A stretch of DNA of 55,329 nt. Origin: Nitrososphaerota archaeon (GTDB lineage Archaea > Thermoproteota > Nitrososphaeria > Conexivisphaerales > UBA164). Below, in pieces: positions 1-10,437 of the stretch (positions within the stretch are counted from its first letter, which is position 1; the number at the start of each line of letters is the position of its first letter). Both the position numbers and the translations under genes were made by a program. Location of the stretch: the NCBI GenBank assembly GCA_029786595.1, contig JAFLXO010000005.1:4652-59980 (forward strand). The letters are read 5' to 3'. The notes under the pieces are model-generated. The model did not search any database and was not told where the DNA came from. It saw nothing but the letters and a program-made list of their open reading frames with translations.

Positions 1-1027
1 ATACGCGCATCTGCGAGCGCGATGGTGTTCCATTCTTTTTTGCTTCAATTGGGCCATGACCTTTCAGTCATGGATACCAAATTCCTTAAGTTCGTTCTGT
101 GTAGCGTAATATTCGCTTCAATTGGGCCATGACCTTTCAGTCATGGATACGCGCATCTGCGAGCGCGATGGTGTTCCATTCTTTTTTGCTTCAATTGGGC
201 CATGACCTTTCAGTCATGGATACTCGTTTTTCTATTGTCTGATTTTACAGTGTAAACGTGCTTCAATTGGGCCATGACCTTTCAGTCATGGATACTTAAC
301 TCGAACCCATGCCCCATATCGCAAATTAATTGCTTCAATTGGGCCATGACCTTTCAGTCATGGATACTGTATCGCCTGAGGAGAGCCCAGACTCGTAAAA
401 GGTGCTTCAATTGGGCCATGACCTTTCAGTCATGGATACTACATTGACGGGGTAGGGGTTGGTGTTGGTATATGTGCTTCAATTGGGCCATGACCTTTCA
501 GTCATGGATACTTTAATATTCCAGTCGAGGACTGGTTCAACGGCTTAGTTGCTTCAATTGGGCCATGACCTTTCAGTCATGGATACTGCCCACATCCAAT
601 AAGCTAAATCCTCGATGGATAAGCCTGCTTCAATTGGGCCATGACCTTTCAGTCATGGATACTTTACCCTCTCCATTAGCACCCAGCACCCCGATAATCA
701 GCTTCAATTGGGCCATGACCTTTCAGTCATGGATACAGCATATGAAAAAGCGTGCTAGGGATAAGGCTTTAAAGCTTCAATTGGGCCATGACCTTTCAGT
801 CATGGATACCACGGTGTAGCTGATATCCACCGTAGTTGGTGCGGACGCTTCAATTGGGCCATGACCTTTCAGTCATGGATACTGGCTTACACGGAATTAA
901 GCAGTGGGCAGACACGGGGGCTTCAATTGGGCCATGACCTTTCAGTCATGGATACGAATTGGAGCTGTCTAAGGAACATCTTAGTGATTTAGCTTCAATT
1001 GGGCCATGACCTTTCAGTCATGGATAC
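1..1027 (-). CRISPR. CRISPR array, 36-bp repeat (minus strand GTATCCATGACTGAAAGGTCATGGCCCAATTGAAGC); 14 complete repeats plus a partial one at 1-4, 14 spacers of 36-40 bp; truncated by the window start
   Basis: Identical repeats start at 42, 115, 188, 260, 332, 404, 476, 551, 627, 701, 774, 847, 920 and 992. Internal hairpin CCATGAC/GTCATGG; the 3' ATTGAAGC end is typical of type I-G repeats; AT-rich leader and cas2 lie on the right. Confidence 0.99.
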
Positions 1028-1329
1028 GACAATATATTATTTTACGCTGAGTTTTCGAGCACCTTCTTTATCGCTTAGAGTTTATGTTTTTTATAAGTTT
1101 GCCTATTTATTAAGTGTCTTTTAGTTTCCATGCCTTGCCATCTTCTATTAACATGAAACAAAATTATCCTATATGAGTTTAGCTATCCACAGTTCTTCGA
1201 GAGGTCCAGAGAGTGCTCTTTAGGCCGAGCGCGCTCGATTGCATAGCTTTCTATCGATACCGATGCATACACCACACCGGGCGGCCAGCGGCTATGAAGC
1301 GCGAGCTATTCCATCGGTACCGGGCCCCT
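1028..1329 (-). promoter_or_regulatory. CRISPR leader
   Basis: Non-coding, AT-rich next to the last repeat, lying between the cas2 stop and the array; TATA-like tracts near 1090-1112. Confidence 0.85.
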
Positions 1330-1614
1330 TCAGATTATCACGGGCTTCCGTTCAAGAGTCTGTTTTCGGTGTCCTATAAACTCTATTGCCTTGTCCTTCT
1401 GTGAATTTCCCAAATTCACCAATAGGACCGAATCCGCTAACTTATTGATAGTAGATATGATATCCGTGGCCATCAACACCTTTTCCTTTCCCGATAGTTC
1501 ACACAGAAATACTGAAAACTGTAAGGGATCTCCATAACCGCACATGAGGTTATACATCATACGCAACCTCTTGCTGTCTGAGATGTCATACGCTACAAGG
1601 TACTTATTTCGCAT
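1330..1614 (-). CDS. cas2: CRISPR-associated endoribonuclease Cas2
   Basis: YLVAYDISDSKRLR and LQFSVFLCEL motifs; 94 aa; follows cas1. Confidence 0.97.
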   Translation of the reverse strand: MRNKYLVAYDISDSKRLRMMYNLMCGYGDPLQFSVFLCELSGKEKVLMATDIISTINKLADSVLLVNLGNSQKDKAIEFIGHRKQTLERKPVII

Positions 1615-1618
1615 AGTT

Positions 1619-3310
1619 TTACCTCGTGCAGAATTCAGGATACTCCTTTATTTCTCCTGTAATACACCTGCCTAACAGTCGGGCCTGTACCTCCAGTACC
1701 CTGCGATAGCTGACCTTATAGCCAAACACTGGGTGGGTAACGAGAGATTCAAGCCTTCTTTCGAAAGCAGCTATTACCTTTCTTCGGCCACCTGGTAGGA
1801 GTGAGAAGGCATTTCCCCTCTTGATAAAGTCCCCTTCTGATATTTCTTTGTTATTTATAACTTCCAGCGTTACAGAATCAGCTATTATAGGGCGAAATTC
1901 TTCCATCATATCCAGGGCAAGGGACGGTTTTCCGTACTTCGGCTGATGGTAAAAGCCACAAAGAGGGTCAAACCCGACGGCCTGTAATATTACAGATGCC
2001 TGGGTAGCAAGCAGGGCATATGTAAAGGAAAGTATAGCGTTGATGGGGTCGGTCGGCGGTCGTCTGTTCCTCTCCTTGAATCTGAATCCAGTAACCTCCT
2101 TCTGCTTTAGCATACCATCAAACTGGGAAAAGTATATCCTTGAGGCTTCGCCCTCGATTCCGAGCAATTCGGATATCGAAGAGGCCCCACTGCAAGCATC
2201 AATGCATTTTTTAAGGCCATCTAGAGCGATTCGACTTGGAGATGTGTGGTTGCGCCGGAGCATCGTCCTACAATTCTTAATTTTTCCAGTAACAAAGTGC
2301 TTGGAGAGGGCCAGCGATTTGATTCTGTTATCTGCAACACGAAACTGAGCCTTTCTGAGGTCAATGTTCTTATGGTTCAGCCCAGTCGTCATTCCTATGA
2401 ACCAGCCGCCATATGTAAAGTAGCAAAGGGGTATCCCCCGCTTAAGCAAATCGCCTATAACCTGCGTCGTAATCTGCACGTTCCCAAACACGTAGACAGC
2501 CGAAGTTTCAATAAAATGAACGCTAGATAAAACCTGTCCGTCCTTTGAAACCTGGAGGTTGTTACCCTTCTTAGAAAGGACAGCGCCCTGTTCTTGAACA
2601 TAGACCGGCATCGTATCGTCCCTCGCGGGGTACAGCCTGCGTATTTCAACATCCTTCACCGGCGGGGAAGGGGGAAACTTCGAGAGGAAACCTATTTCGT
2701 CAGGCAGGCATATACCTACCAAGGAACATCTAGGGCACTTGGGGCTATCTACAAGCGGTGGAGGGGGCTTCTTCAGAAGGGTGACCTCCCTTGCCTGTTC
2801 TAGCAGAGATAAGGTCTTTGAAACGAGGTTCGCGTCAATAGCCACCCTCACCCTTTTATTTGAGGCCGCGTAATAGATCTCCCCTTCCTTGCAAATATAT
2901 CCGCAGTCCCTGAGAATCAGGGCCTGTGCACAAACCTGTACCTGATCTGCTTCCCACGATGTCTGTGGAGCCCCCGGAGCATGCCCTTTCTTGAAGTCCA
3001 CCGGCACAACGTTACCAGCAGACTCTTCAACAAGGTCCATTTTAGCTATGAGCCCAAGGCGCTGGCTGGACAGCATCAGGGACCGAAATTTATGCGAAGA
3101 GTCAGGCGTTTGTGGTGGTGAATGATTTGATTTCGGCTCCAAATCTACGTTCCTGTGCACCAGATGGCCCTCCAGTGTATCCACGCTTTCGATAAACTCC
3201 CCCTCAACGAGCTCCAGGAAGAAGAGCCTTGGACAGTATGCAAATTCGTTAAGCATTCTGGCAGGCATAAGAGATTGATTCCCGCCATCCGATGGACCTT
3301 TATTTGGCAT
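1619..3310 (-). CDS. cas1: Cas4-Cas1 fusion (probable start 3310; ORF track extends to 3364)
   Basis: N-terminal Cas4 (YCPRLF, DFKKG, QVCAQ, KCPRCSLVGIC) fused to Cas1 (LLGIEG..SRIYF, RNRRPPTDPINAILSF, SLALDMMEEFRP). Confidence 0.97.
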   Translation of the reverse strand: MPNKGPSDGGNQSLMPARMLNEFAYCPRLFFLELVEGEFIESVDTLEGHLVHRNVDLEPKSNHSPPQTPDSSHKFRSLMLSSQRLGLIAKMDLVEESAGNVVPVDFKKGHAPGAPQTSWEADQVQVCAQALILRDCGYICKEGEIYYAASNKRVRVAIDANLVSKTLSLLEQAREVTLLKKPPPPLVDSPKCPRCSLVGICLPDEIGFLSKFPPSPPVKDVEIRRLYPARDDTMPVYVQEQGAVLSKKGNNLQVSKDGQVLSSVHFIETSAVYVFGNVQITTQVIGDLLKRGIPLCYFTYGGWFIGMTTGLNHKNIDLRKAQFRVADNRIKSLALSKHFVTGKIKNCRTMLRRNHTSPSRIALDGLKKCIDACSGASSISELLGIEGEASRIYFSQFDGMLKQKEVTGFRFKERNRRPPTDPINAILSFTYALLATQASVILQAVGFDPLCGFYHQPKYGKPSLALDMMEEFRPIIADSVTLEVINNKEISEGDFIKRGNAFSLLPGGRRKVIAAFERRLESLVTHPVFGYKVSYRRVLEVQARLLGRCITGEIKEYPEFCTR

Positions 3311-4799
3311 AATCGTTTTTCCTGGACAACGGCATAAACATACCCAGGCCAAAGTGCGCGTCATGGCCCACGGCTATAGGTGCTTTTACAGGATGATCAA
3401 ATGTGATCTTAAACCCATATCCCGGCCTTTCTAGGCCATTTCTCTTATGATCCCTTATGAACTTGTACCACTGGTATTGCCGCCCATTGTTAACGCTGTA
3501 GGTTAATAGAGGCTCGACCTTAACGGGACGTGGATAGCCATGGTTATTCAGCTCCCTGATCAGTTCGCCTACCACCCACTCATAATAGTCCCCGCGTCCC
3601 TTTCTGTAGTGCCTCGGAGGTACGAACGGTGAAACGCTCTCCAATATGTTTGAACTCGGAAGGCTTCGCTGTGATGGTACCATCCTGACGTCCGGTTCTT
3701 TATAGTTTAGGAACCGGAGCCTGTCGATCCCGTAAATGGCGTTGACCTCTTCGGCTGTAAAGGGTTCCCTGCATCTGATAGCGACATGGTCGAGCCACCC
3801 ATTGCGGTCTTCGTCGAACGGAAGGATATATGCGTGAACATGTCCCTTGAGCGGTTCACCATCTGGCGTTTTTCCGCTAAATCGAGGTGATGGTTGTTTG
3901 CCGCCGGTGGTTCTCTTGTAGGAGCCCATAAGGTATGAATGGAACCTTGAGGCCAGCGCCACTGTCTGGGTTACTGGGATGGGAAGGGAGGTAGTTAGCA
4001 TGTATATGACTTCATTGATTTGCTTTTGCCTAGTCGTCTTTTTCAAGTGGATAACCTCAGGTATTTTTAATTGATATTTCACGGATAAAAATCCGGAGAA
4101 TTCCAGCAGGTTTGCTTTCTTTGTCTCGTAGGTTGACCTAGTAATCTCATCCAGCCAGTTCGTGTGTTCTCGTACGAATTCGGGTTTAGTACACGCCACA
4201 TCCACGGTGCGATAGCCGCGTTCGGTTCCCACGCTGGAAGGATAGCTATTGGGAGCGAGTTTGTCTCCATCAAGCGGGTACACAAGCGTAGCCGAAACCC
4301 AACTCTCCGAACGCCCAAAATAGTTCATTAAAGATAGCAACTCCCTGAGGTCCATGATCGACTGTTGGGTCAGCCGTTCCTGAATTAGGCTTAGACTCCA
4401 TGCCATAACCGCTTTATCCAATGGATCCACGGATACAAATGGATCGAATATAAGGTCCGAGGGCCTGTAGTTGTCAGTTTTGGGCACAGGCTTCTTCTGG
4501 AAGGTTCTGATGCAGGCTTCTTTATATCGTGGCAACTGATATATCGGGTGCTCTAACGCAAGCATCCTCAGCACGGGTTCAACTCTTTCGGGAGGCCATT
4601 CAGGCCGCTTTCTCTTCCATATATCGTAGAGCGCCCTTATCAGCCTGTACTGTGAAGGGGGCCATTCAGGCACCCCATCATTGACATGCTTTTTCCAGGG
4701 CGTCGTATGATACCTTCCGGCGATGAACTGAAATTCGATCGCGAGAAACTGTTCATTAGTTGTCTGCGCTGGCATCGTCTTGATCACTGGACGATTCAT
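3300..4799 (-). CDS. csb2: Type I-G Csb2 (Cas5/Cas6 fusion RAMP)
   Basis: GRYHTTPW..H..EWPPS.YRL.RAL N-terminus, YFGRSESWV, HAYILP, C-terminal G-rich loop GHDAHFGLGMF. Confidence 0.93.
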   Translation of the reverse strand: MNRPVIKTMPAQTTNEQFLAIEFQFIAGRYHTTPWKKHVNDGVPEWPPSQYRLIRALYDIWKRKRPEWPPERVEPVLRMLALEHPIYQLPRYKEACIRTFQKKPVPKTDNYRPSDLIFDPFVSVDPLDKAVMAWSLSLIQERLTQQSIMDLRELLSLMNYFGRSESWVSATLVYPLDGDKLAPNSYPSSVGTERGYRTVDVACTKPEFVREHTNWLDEITRSTYETKKANLLEFSGFLSVKYQLKIPEVIHLKKTTRQKQINEVIYMLTTSLPIPVTQTVALASRFHSYLMGSYKRTTGGKQPSPRFSGKTPDGEPLKGHVHAYILPFDEDRNGWLDHVAIRCREPFTAEEVNAIYGIDRLRFLNYKEPDVRMVPSQRSLPSSNILESVSPFVPPRHYRKGRGDYYEWVVGELIRELNNHGYPRPVKVEPLLTYSVNNGRQYQWYKFIRDHKRNGLERPGYGFKITFDHPVKAPIAVGHDAHFGLGMFMPLSRKNDYAK

Positions 4800-5859
4800 C
4801 GGGACTCCCCTCAGAAGTTACTTCGACATTTTTTTCTGAAACCTTCCACTCAGATTTTAGTCGGGTTGGAGAGTCGCTGAAAAGCGAGTATGATCTGCAT
4901 GCCGCGATGAGCTGTTTTAGCTCCCCCAGTGGGTCCGGAAATTTATAGCCTGTCGATTCGACCACCGTAAAGTCACATGAAGTCCTTAGGCGGAGTCCCC
5001 TGTTAAGGAACCCCCTAACCTTGTATAAAGTTAGCAGGTAGAGCAATTTCCCTATGCTGTCCTTCTTGCTTTCGTTTCCATCAGCTATCATATCAGCATA
5101 GCTCCTGATGAGTGAAAGGTCAATGTTGAAGTAGGCCCTTATGCTTTTTGCGGTGTATTCGGTCCTAGAATATGGAACCATCTGAGAACCGTCCTTGACC
5201 TTTACTTTGTCGACCGGCGCCAGTTCACCGGACGAATCGAACGGATTCTTCTTCAAGCCTCCCGATTCTACAGGACGTACATCTTCCGCTTCGATAAATG
5301 CAGAAACTGCCCTTGGCATCTTTATCTTCCCATCTTCTATGTTGGAAAAGAAAACTCCATGCAGCAGGGTGTTTGGATCATATTTGAATAGGACCTGAGC
5401 TATCTTCTTCCAGTTTGGCAAGGATTTCCTATCATACTCGAACTCATCTTTCAACTCGTCCCCGAAGTGCTTTTCAGAACCATCGCGCTTGCCTACAAGA
5501 ATGAAGTGTGAATTAAGTCGGTGCGGTTCCGTTAGACTGCTTGTATGAGTAAGAAGTGGAGCTGTATCATTTTTATCTTTTTTTATTTGAATGATGGAGA
5601 CCACGTATGGCAGCCCCTGAAGTTCCTGTATAATATTGTAACCATCGGGCCCCACGATAGTTTCTTCAAGCCTGTTTGCCATCGATTGCGATGACTCGAC
5701 GAGCAGCATCTTAGTCCCATCCGGGCGTTCATATGTAGCCGCTCCAATATTTGGAAATCCCGTAGGCTGGAATCGGTCGCCCTGCAATGGTTTTAGTTCC
5801 ACAGAAAAGATATATCTTTCCCCTTGAGGTAAATTCAAGCCTTCCTTGTCTTCAACCAA
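4756..5859 (-). CDS. csb1: Type I-G backbone protein Cas7 (Csb1)
   Basis: RFQPTGFPNIGAA, LLVESSQSMANRLE, EPHRLNS, DPNTLLHGVF and LRLRTSCD motifs. Confidence 0.95.
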   Translation of the reverse strand: MVEDKEGLNLPQGERYIFSVELKPLQGDRFQPTGFPNIGAATYERPDGTKMLLVESSQSMANRLEETIVGPDGYNIIQELQGLPYVVSIIQIKKDKNDTAPLLTHTSSLTEPHRLNSHFILVGKRDGSEKHFGDELKDEFEYDRKSLPNWKKIAQVLFKYDPNTLLHGVFFSNIEDGKIKMPRAVSAFIEAEDVRPVESGGLKKNPFDSSGELAPVDKVKVKDGSQMVPYSRTEYTAKSIRAYFNIDLSLIRSYADMIADGNESKKDSIGKLLYLLTLYKVRGFLNRGLRLRTSCDFTVVESTGYKFPDPLGELKQLIAACRSYSLFSDSPTRLKSEWKVSEKNVEVTSEGSPDESSSDQDDASADN

Positions 5860-5927
5860 GGTCTATCGTATATTATGGAGCCCCCAGTTATATATAGTTT
5901 TAACATTAAATAATTGAACGGCCATGG

Positions 5928-8054
5928 TCAGTACGATGATGGGAACGATATCAGCCTGTTAGCGTGTTGTAGAAAGCGCCTCCGATCAACCGGTATGAGC
6001 ATAGCGGCGGCAAGGCGCTTCCCTTCTATTTTATCCGGATCGAACCCTGAAACTTTGGCTTGAGAATAGGCTAGCCTCCTGCGGACGGCCTCGCAAGCGT
6101 CATATATCCTGCCTGCCGAAAGGAGCTGTGTAATTTCGTACCTACCTTTGATTTGCACACCTCCGGGGAGTTCGCTTGGCATAAATGCAGTTTTGATGAG
6201 CACGTAGGTGGGTAATACAGGCCGTTGTTGCATTGGGGTGAGCCACCTGCCCTGAATTTCCCGTATTCTGTGCCTGTCCCATTTTAGGCTGATTAGCCCA
6301 AGTAAAAGATCTTCAAGCAGTTCATCATCGGTTTCTGCTAGCATAAATGACATTACATCCTGTGGATCAACTACTAAATCACCTTCAAGACTGGCGGGTT
6401 TTCCTTCGCCCGTCTTATCCATAAATATCCGTTTCTGCAGGACGTTCAGAAGGCGGTCGGACAAGCTGTTTCCATACCACGCAATTGAACTGCTACTGTC
6501 AATCCACTTATTTTCATCGACTGGCAAGATGTTTGCTGAAATGGGAGCCCTTGGCGACAGTGAGGCTAGTGATGCGGCCAGTCTGAGTTCAACGGAGTCC
6601 TCTAACTGTTGAAGCCACTCCAGCCATTTTAAACTCAGAAAACGAGGGGGCTTGCTTGGTACATCCCTTCCTTTTATCCTGTAGGGACCATTTTCAAAGC
6701 GACGCACAAGCGACCCTAGGCCGGTTACGACATTCACCATGCCTTGATCCTGTTCGAACGCACGATGGACAGAAGCGTTTAGATTAGCCACTTCATTCTG
6801 TATGGAGGCAGGCGCAGATCCCACCCTCAGGTTTCTGTTAAGTTCATTTAAAAATGGAAGCACTTCCTTAATGGTATCAGCCATGCTCCTGTGCCTGACA
6901 TCTACCGTTCCAAGTGGTACCGCCAGCCGCGCGTCCCCTCTTCTGACGTAGAGGCCATATTTCGAGAACCTGTTTACCCCTACGTCCACTCCAAGAGAGG
7001 AAATCGCATATGAGAATTCCAAGGAGGTTCTCGCGTCCCTCAGACCAAAACCAGGTTGCCTTATACTTGTTCGGCCCTCCTTAAAGAAGGATCTGATTTC
7101 ATCGTATGTGGCATGTTCTACCCATATAGGTGCCCATATTTCATTTCCCTTCGCGGCGTCCTCTGCGACCGTTTCTCCACCCGTAGGAACTGATTCCACC
7201 GTAAATGGAAAGGCCGAAAGCGCCTTTCCACTCCTCTTCGTTAAACCCCCTGAGAGCATGATCAAGCCTTCAAACATCAATATTATATCCCATGGATTAA
7301 CCGGGGTGACGTCCTTGGCTTCCTGGTCAGGCATGCTAAGCTGGTTGATTCCACCTACTCTTTCTGGGTCATAAAAGCCTGATTTTAATTTCGACCCAGC
7401 TGCTGTATTTGGCGCTAACCCGTATAGAGCATGTCTTAGTAACTCCCCTTGCTCAGTTGAAGTAAACCCCTCAAACGTTGATTCCAAGGCCCTTATGAAG
7501 ACCAACGAAAGCTCTAGCCGTCCGTCGTTCCCGCCGCTTCCAAGCAGCGGGGCATATTGTATTTTGTTACCTATTACGCAGACTGCGTCGATCCATTCCA
7601 CAGCTGATTCTGAAAGATTGTTGCGGCACCACCTGATTGTAATATCTTTATTGCCGCCTTCCTTTTTTGTTTTCCCTTTGTTTTTACCCTCTTTTTCATC
7701 TTTGGCTTTCTTTATTTCCTTGTCCGATATAGCCCGGAATATCCTTTCAATGTCATCCCGATATATATCAAATCTCTTATCACGATTTACCATTATCCAA
7801 TTTATTTCTTTGTCCAGTTTGAAGAAGCCACTCCCGTTGTTCCATGGCGATAGGATGGATGTTGGGCTGTATTCTTTTAGTAGAAAGGCTTCAATATCAG
7901 AGCTGCTGAAGGTCGTCTCTATCCTGAAGGCGTCATCAATCCACCACCCCGTGACGTTCGGGTCCTTTTGCTCGGCCACCAGCCTGAATACCCCCAAGGC
8001 TTTAAGATAGGAAGCTAATGGCTCGGTCCTGCAACCTTTCAGGTCGATTATCAA
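5928..8054 (-). CDS. csx17: Type I-G large subunit Cas8g (Csx17)
   Basis: L.GCR.EPLASYLKALGVFRLVAEQKDP, SPWNNGSGF, LLGSGGNDGRLE, NPWD.ILMFEG, FPFTV and EIWAPIW motifs. Confidence 0.95.
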   Translation of the reverse strand: MIIDLKGCRTEPLASYLKALGVFRLVAEQKDPNVTGWWIDDAFRIETTFSSSDIEAFLLKEYSPTSILSPWNNGSGFFKLDKEINWIMVNRDKRFDIYRDDIERIFRAISDKEIKKAKDEKEGKNKGKTKKEGGNKDITIRWCRNNLSESAVEWIDAVCVIGNKIQYAPLLGSGGNDGRLELSLVFIRALESTFEGFTSTEQGELLRHALYGLAPNTAAGSKLKSGFYDPERVGGINQLSMPDQEAKDVTPVNPWDIILMFEGLIMLSGGLTKRSGKALSAFPFTVESVPTGGETVAEDAAKGNEIWAPIWVEHATYDEIRSFFKEGRTSIRQPGFGLRDARTSLEFSYAISSLGVDVGVNRFSKYGLYVRRGDARLAVPLGTVDVRHRSMADTIKEVLPFLNELNRNLRVGSAPASIQNEVANLNASVHRAFEQDQGMVNVVTGLGSLVRRFENGPYRIKGRDVPSKPPRFLSLKWLEWLQQLEDSVELRLAASLASLSPRAPISANILPVDENKWIDSSSSIAWYGNSLSDRLLNVLQKRIFMDKTGEGKPASLEGDLVVDPQDVMSFMLAETDDELLEDLLLGLISLKWDRHRIREIQGRWLTPMQQRPVLPTYVLIKTAFMPSELPGGVQIKGRYEITQLLSAGRIYDACEAVRRRLAYSQAKVSGFDPDKIEGKRLAAAMLIPVDRRRFLQHANRLISFPSSY

Positions 8055-10429
8055 TTTAGCCCCCCGCTCGCCCTGCCATCAGCGGCTCTTAGCAAGGCTT
8101 CATAGAATGCAAGCCTAAATGGACCGTATCTTTTAAGCAGTGTGCCGGTTCTTGAACGCCAGCTGCTCTGGCCGAACCCCATAATCGAGAGGTTTAATAT
8201 TGTTCCTGGCATGGAAAACCCGTTAACGGTCAAGCTTGGCACATAATCCCCATCCCAGACACCTAGTGCGAATTTTTCGTTTTTTTCGGGCACCAATTCG
8301 CCTGGCACGGATCTTACCGTCAGTCTCACTTTTCCATGGTGGGCGGCTGCTAAATATGCCACCAGATCATTTGAAAGGCCGTTCTCAAGAATTAGCAGTG
8401 CCGAGACAAGTTCGTGTCTGAAATACTTTCTTTTATCAGGATATGTTTCATTTTGGTTATGCCATTTATCCTTTGGAGCCTTGGCGTATAATTTATCCGG
8501 CGATGGCTTATCCTTCATTTTTGCCTGGAAAGCAGGATGCGCCTTGCCTGCATCGTGCCACATAGCAGCCGCTATAAGGTCTTCTTTTGATGTTTTGACA
8601 CCGACTTCTTCACATAGCTCTCTGGTCTTCTGTGCTACTTCCAACAAATGTTCAGAAATGAGCTTCCATCCTCCCGCCGAGGAAGGATCGCTTGGGTATC
8701 CCCCTAGCGTACTTTCACCAACAGAAAGATCCTCGACTGGTGGCTTGGATGAAGGGTCCCACCCAGTGAGCGTGCTGTAACCCCCCTCTGTAGCGTCCAG
8801 CATAACCACCATGCCCGGGTACCAGGCTACAGGCTTCCTCCATTCCCCTTCTAACGGGTCAAAGTCAAGGGCATTGTGCTTCTCTGACCACTGCCTGACT
8901 TCATCAACAGGAGCTGGACAGAGCTCTTCCCGGCTAGGTTGCACAACGGGCTTCCTTTGTCCCTTCCAGAAATCCTTTGGCTGGCGCCGCCAAAAGACAT
9001 ATGCTAGGTAATCGTTCCCGCTGCGTATGAACCTTGATACATCGGTATTCCTTCCCATGAGGTCCGGCGTGGTATCAAAGAGTTCAATTATATCCTTACG
9101 CCTTATGACATCTCTATGTTTGAACTCTAGCTCAAGCTTGCTCATCTGTATTGGCGACACTTCTGTAAACCCCTTAAGGCGCTCTTCTGCCTCCCTGATT
9201 GCGCTTTCACTATATGGCGCATATGAATTCCTTTGCCCGCCTGGAAGGCGGATCAGGTAGACCGTTGACCTGCTATCGTTGCCCTCCCTGTTACATCTGC
9301 CCATCCTTTGGATAATTGAGGCCAGCGGAGCGAGCTCGGTAAACATTGTTACCGCTGAAATATCCATACCTGCCTCGATCACCTGCGTGCTTACAACTAT
9401 TAGATTGCTGGTCTTATCCAGCAGACGCTTGAGCTTTAGCTGTCTATCCGCAGGCCTGAAGTGTGAATGTAACAGCATTACAGCAGGGCCATCGCGTTTC
9501 CTCAATATACCATCTAGGGCTCTGTAGAGGCCGAGGCTCCTACTAACGGTGTTCAAGACCACTAAGGTCTTTGTACCCATTATATGCCTACTGATTATCT
9601 CTTCGGCGAGCTTGTCATAGTCCTTGGTTGTGCTTTGAGCATATGCCAGCTTTTTAGGAGCAAACATACGCTTTTGTAGCTCGGTAGACATCGGGTCCGA
9701 AAGGTCCGAAGTATCCAACTCAAGCGTTTCTATACCTTCACCATTAAAGTCTCTAGTTGTGAGCCATTTTTTTCGGAGGGTGGCGCTCATCCAAATACTT
9801 TCGGTTTGAGCTTCAGTGCCTATCTGCCTCCTGAAGGCCTCCAATTGGATGGATGTAGCTAATCCGCTATCCATCAATTGGACTTCATCAAACACCCACC
9901 TACAGTCATTATTAAGTAACCCGAATTGCATTGGCCACCTGAACCTGCTCATGGCGTAGCCACGGTTAAGAGCGCGGGAAAGAAGCATATCCTGCGTGCC
10001 TATTATTACAATGTCATCTTCTGGATAGATATCCCAATCGTTCGCCTCTTCACCACCCATAAGAGTGACTATTGACACCTTTTTCTTGCCGTGGTCAATT
10101 AAATCGGTGGCCTTGGTTAGGTTACTTAGCCATTGTTGTATGTTATCTCTAGTCTGTTCAACCAATGTGCGCAACGGTAGGCAGTAAACCAGTCTTCTGG
10201 GTGTTGAATTTCTCACCCCTCCGTCATCGGTATACCTGCGTTGCCACAACCATGAAAGGAAAATGGCTGCAGTTTTACCCCCACCCGTAGGTATACTTAT
10301 CAAATCATACTTCCTTTTGGATAACATTACCTGATATTTGAACGGGTTTTTGCCCTCAGTAGCCTGATAGAAAAAATTCCTGAAATTTTTATCGGCTACA
10401 TCCTCACTCATTGTGTATCTGCATTCCAT
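8051..10429 (-). CDS. cas3: Type I-G Cas3 helicase with C-terminal HD nuclease
   Basis: PTGGGKT, DEVQ, MSAT, STQVIEAGMD, QRMGRCNR, then an HD domain (EHL, WHDAGKAH, RHE, HHG, AD.RAS) at the C-terminus as in type I-G. Confidence 0.97.
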   Translation of the reverse strand: MECRYTMSEDVADKNFRNFFYQATEGKNPFKYQVMLSKRKYDLISIPTGGGKTAAIFLSWLWQRRYTDDGGVRNSTPRRLVYCLPLRTLVEQTRDNIQQWLSNLTKATDLIDHGKKKVSIVTLMGGEEANDWDIYPEDDIVIIGTQDMLLSRALNRGYAMSRFRWPMQFGLLNNDCRWVFDEVQLMDSGLATSIQLEAFRRQIGTEAQTESIWMSATLRKKWLTTRDFNGEGIETLELDTSDLSDPMSTELQKRMFAPKKLAYAQSTTKDYDKLAEEIISRHIMGTKTLVVLNTVSRSLGLYRALDGILRKRDGPAVMLLHSHFRPADRQLKLKRLLDKTSNLIVVSTQVIEAGMDISAVTMFTELAPLASIIQRMGRCNREGNDSRSTVYLIRLPGGQRNSYAPYSESAIREAEERLKGFTEVSPIQMSKLELEFKHRDVIRRKDIIELFDTTPDLMGRNTDVSRFIRSGNDYLAYVFWRRQPKDFWKGQRKPVVQPSREELCPAPVDEVRQWSEKHNALDFDPLEGEWRKPVAWYPGMVVMLDATEGGYSTLTGWDPSSKPPVEDLSVGESTLGGYPSDPSSAGGWKLISEHLLEVAQKTRELCEEVGVKTSKEDLIAAAMWHDAGKAHPAFQAKMKDKPSPDKLYAKAPKDKWHNQNETYPDKRKYFRHELVSALLILENGLSNDLVAYLAAAHHGKVRLTVRSVPGELVPEKNEKFALGVWDGDYVPSLTVNGFSMPGTILNLSIMGFGQSSWRSRTGTLLKRYGPFRLAFYEALLRAADGRASGGLN

Positions 10430-10437
10430 CGATATAT

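Noticed and set aside
565-819. 84-aa ORF in the track
   Set aside because: Lies wholly within the CRISPR array; translation of repeats and spacers.
1-1027. Self-targeting of the 40-55 kb element by array spacers
   Set aside because: No match found by eye; an alignment is needed to exclude imperfect matches.
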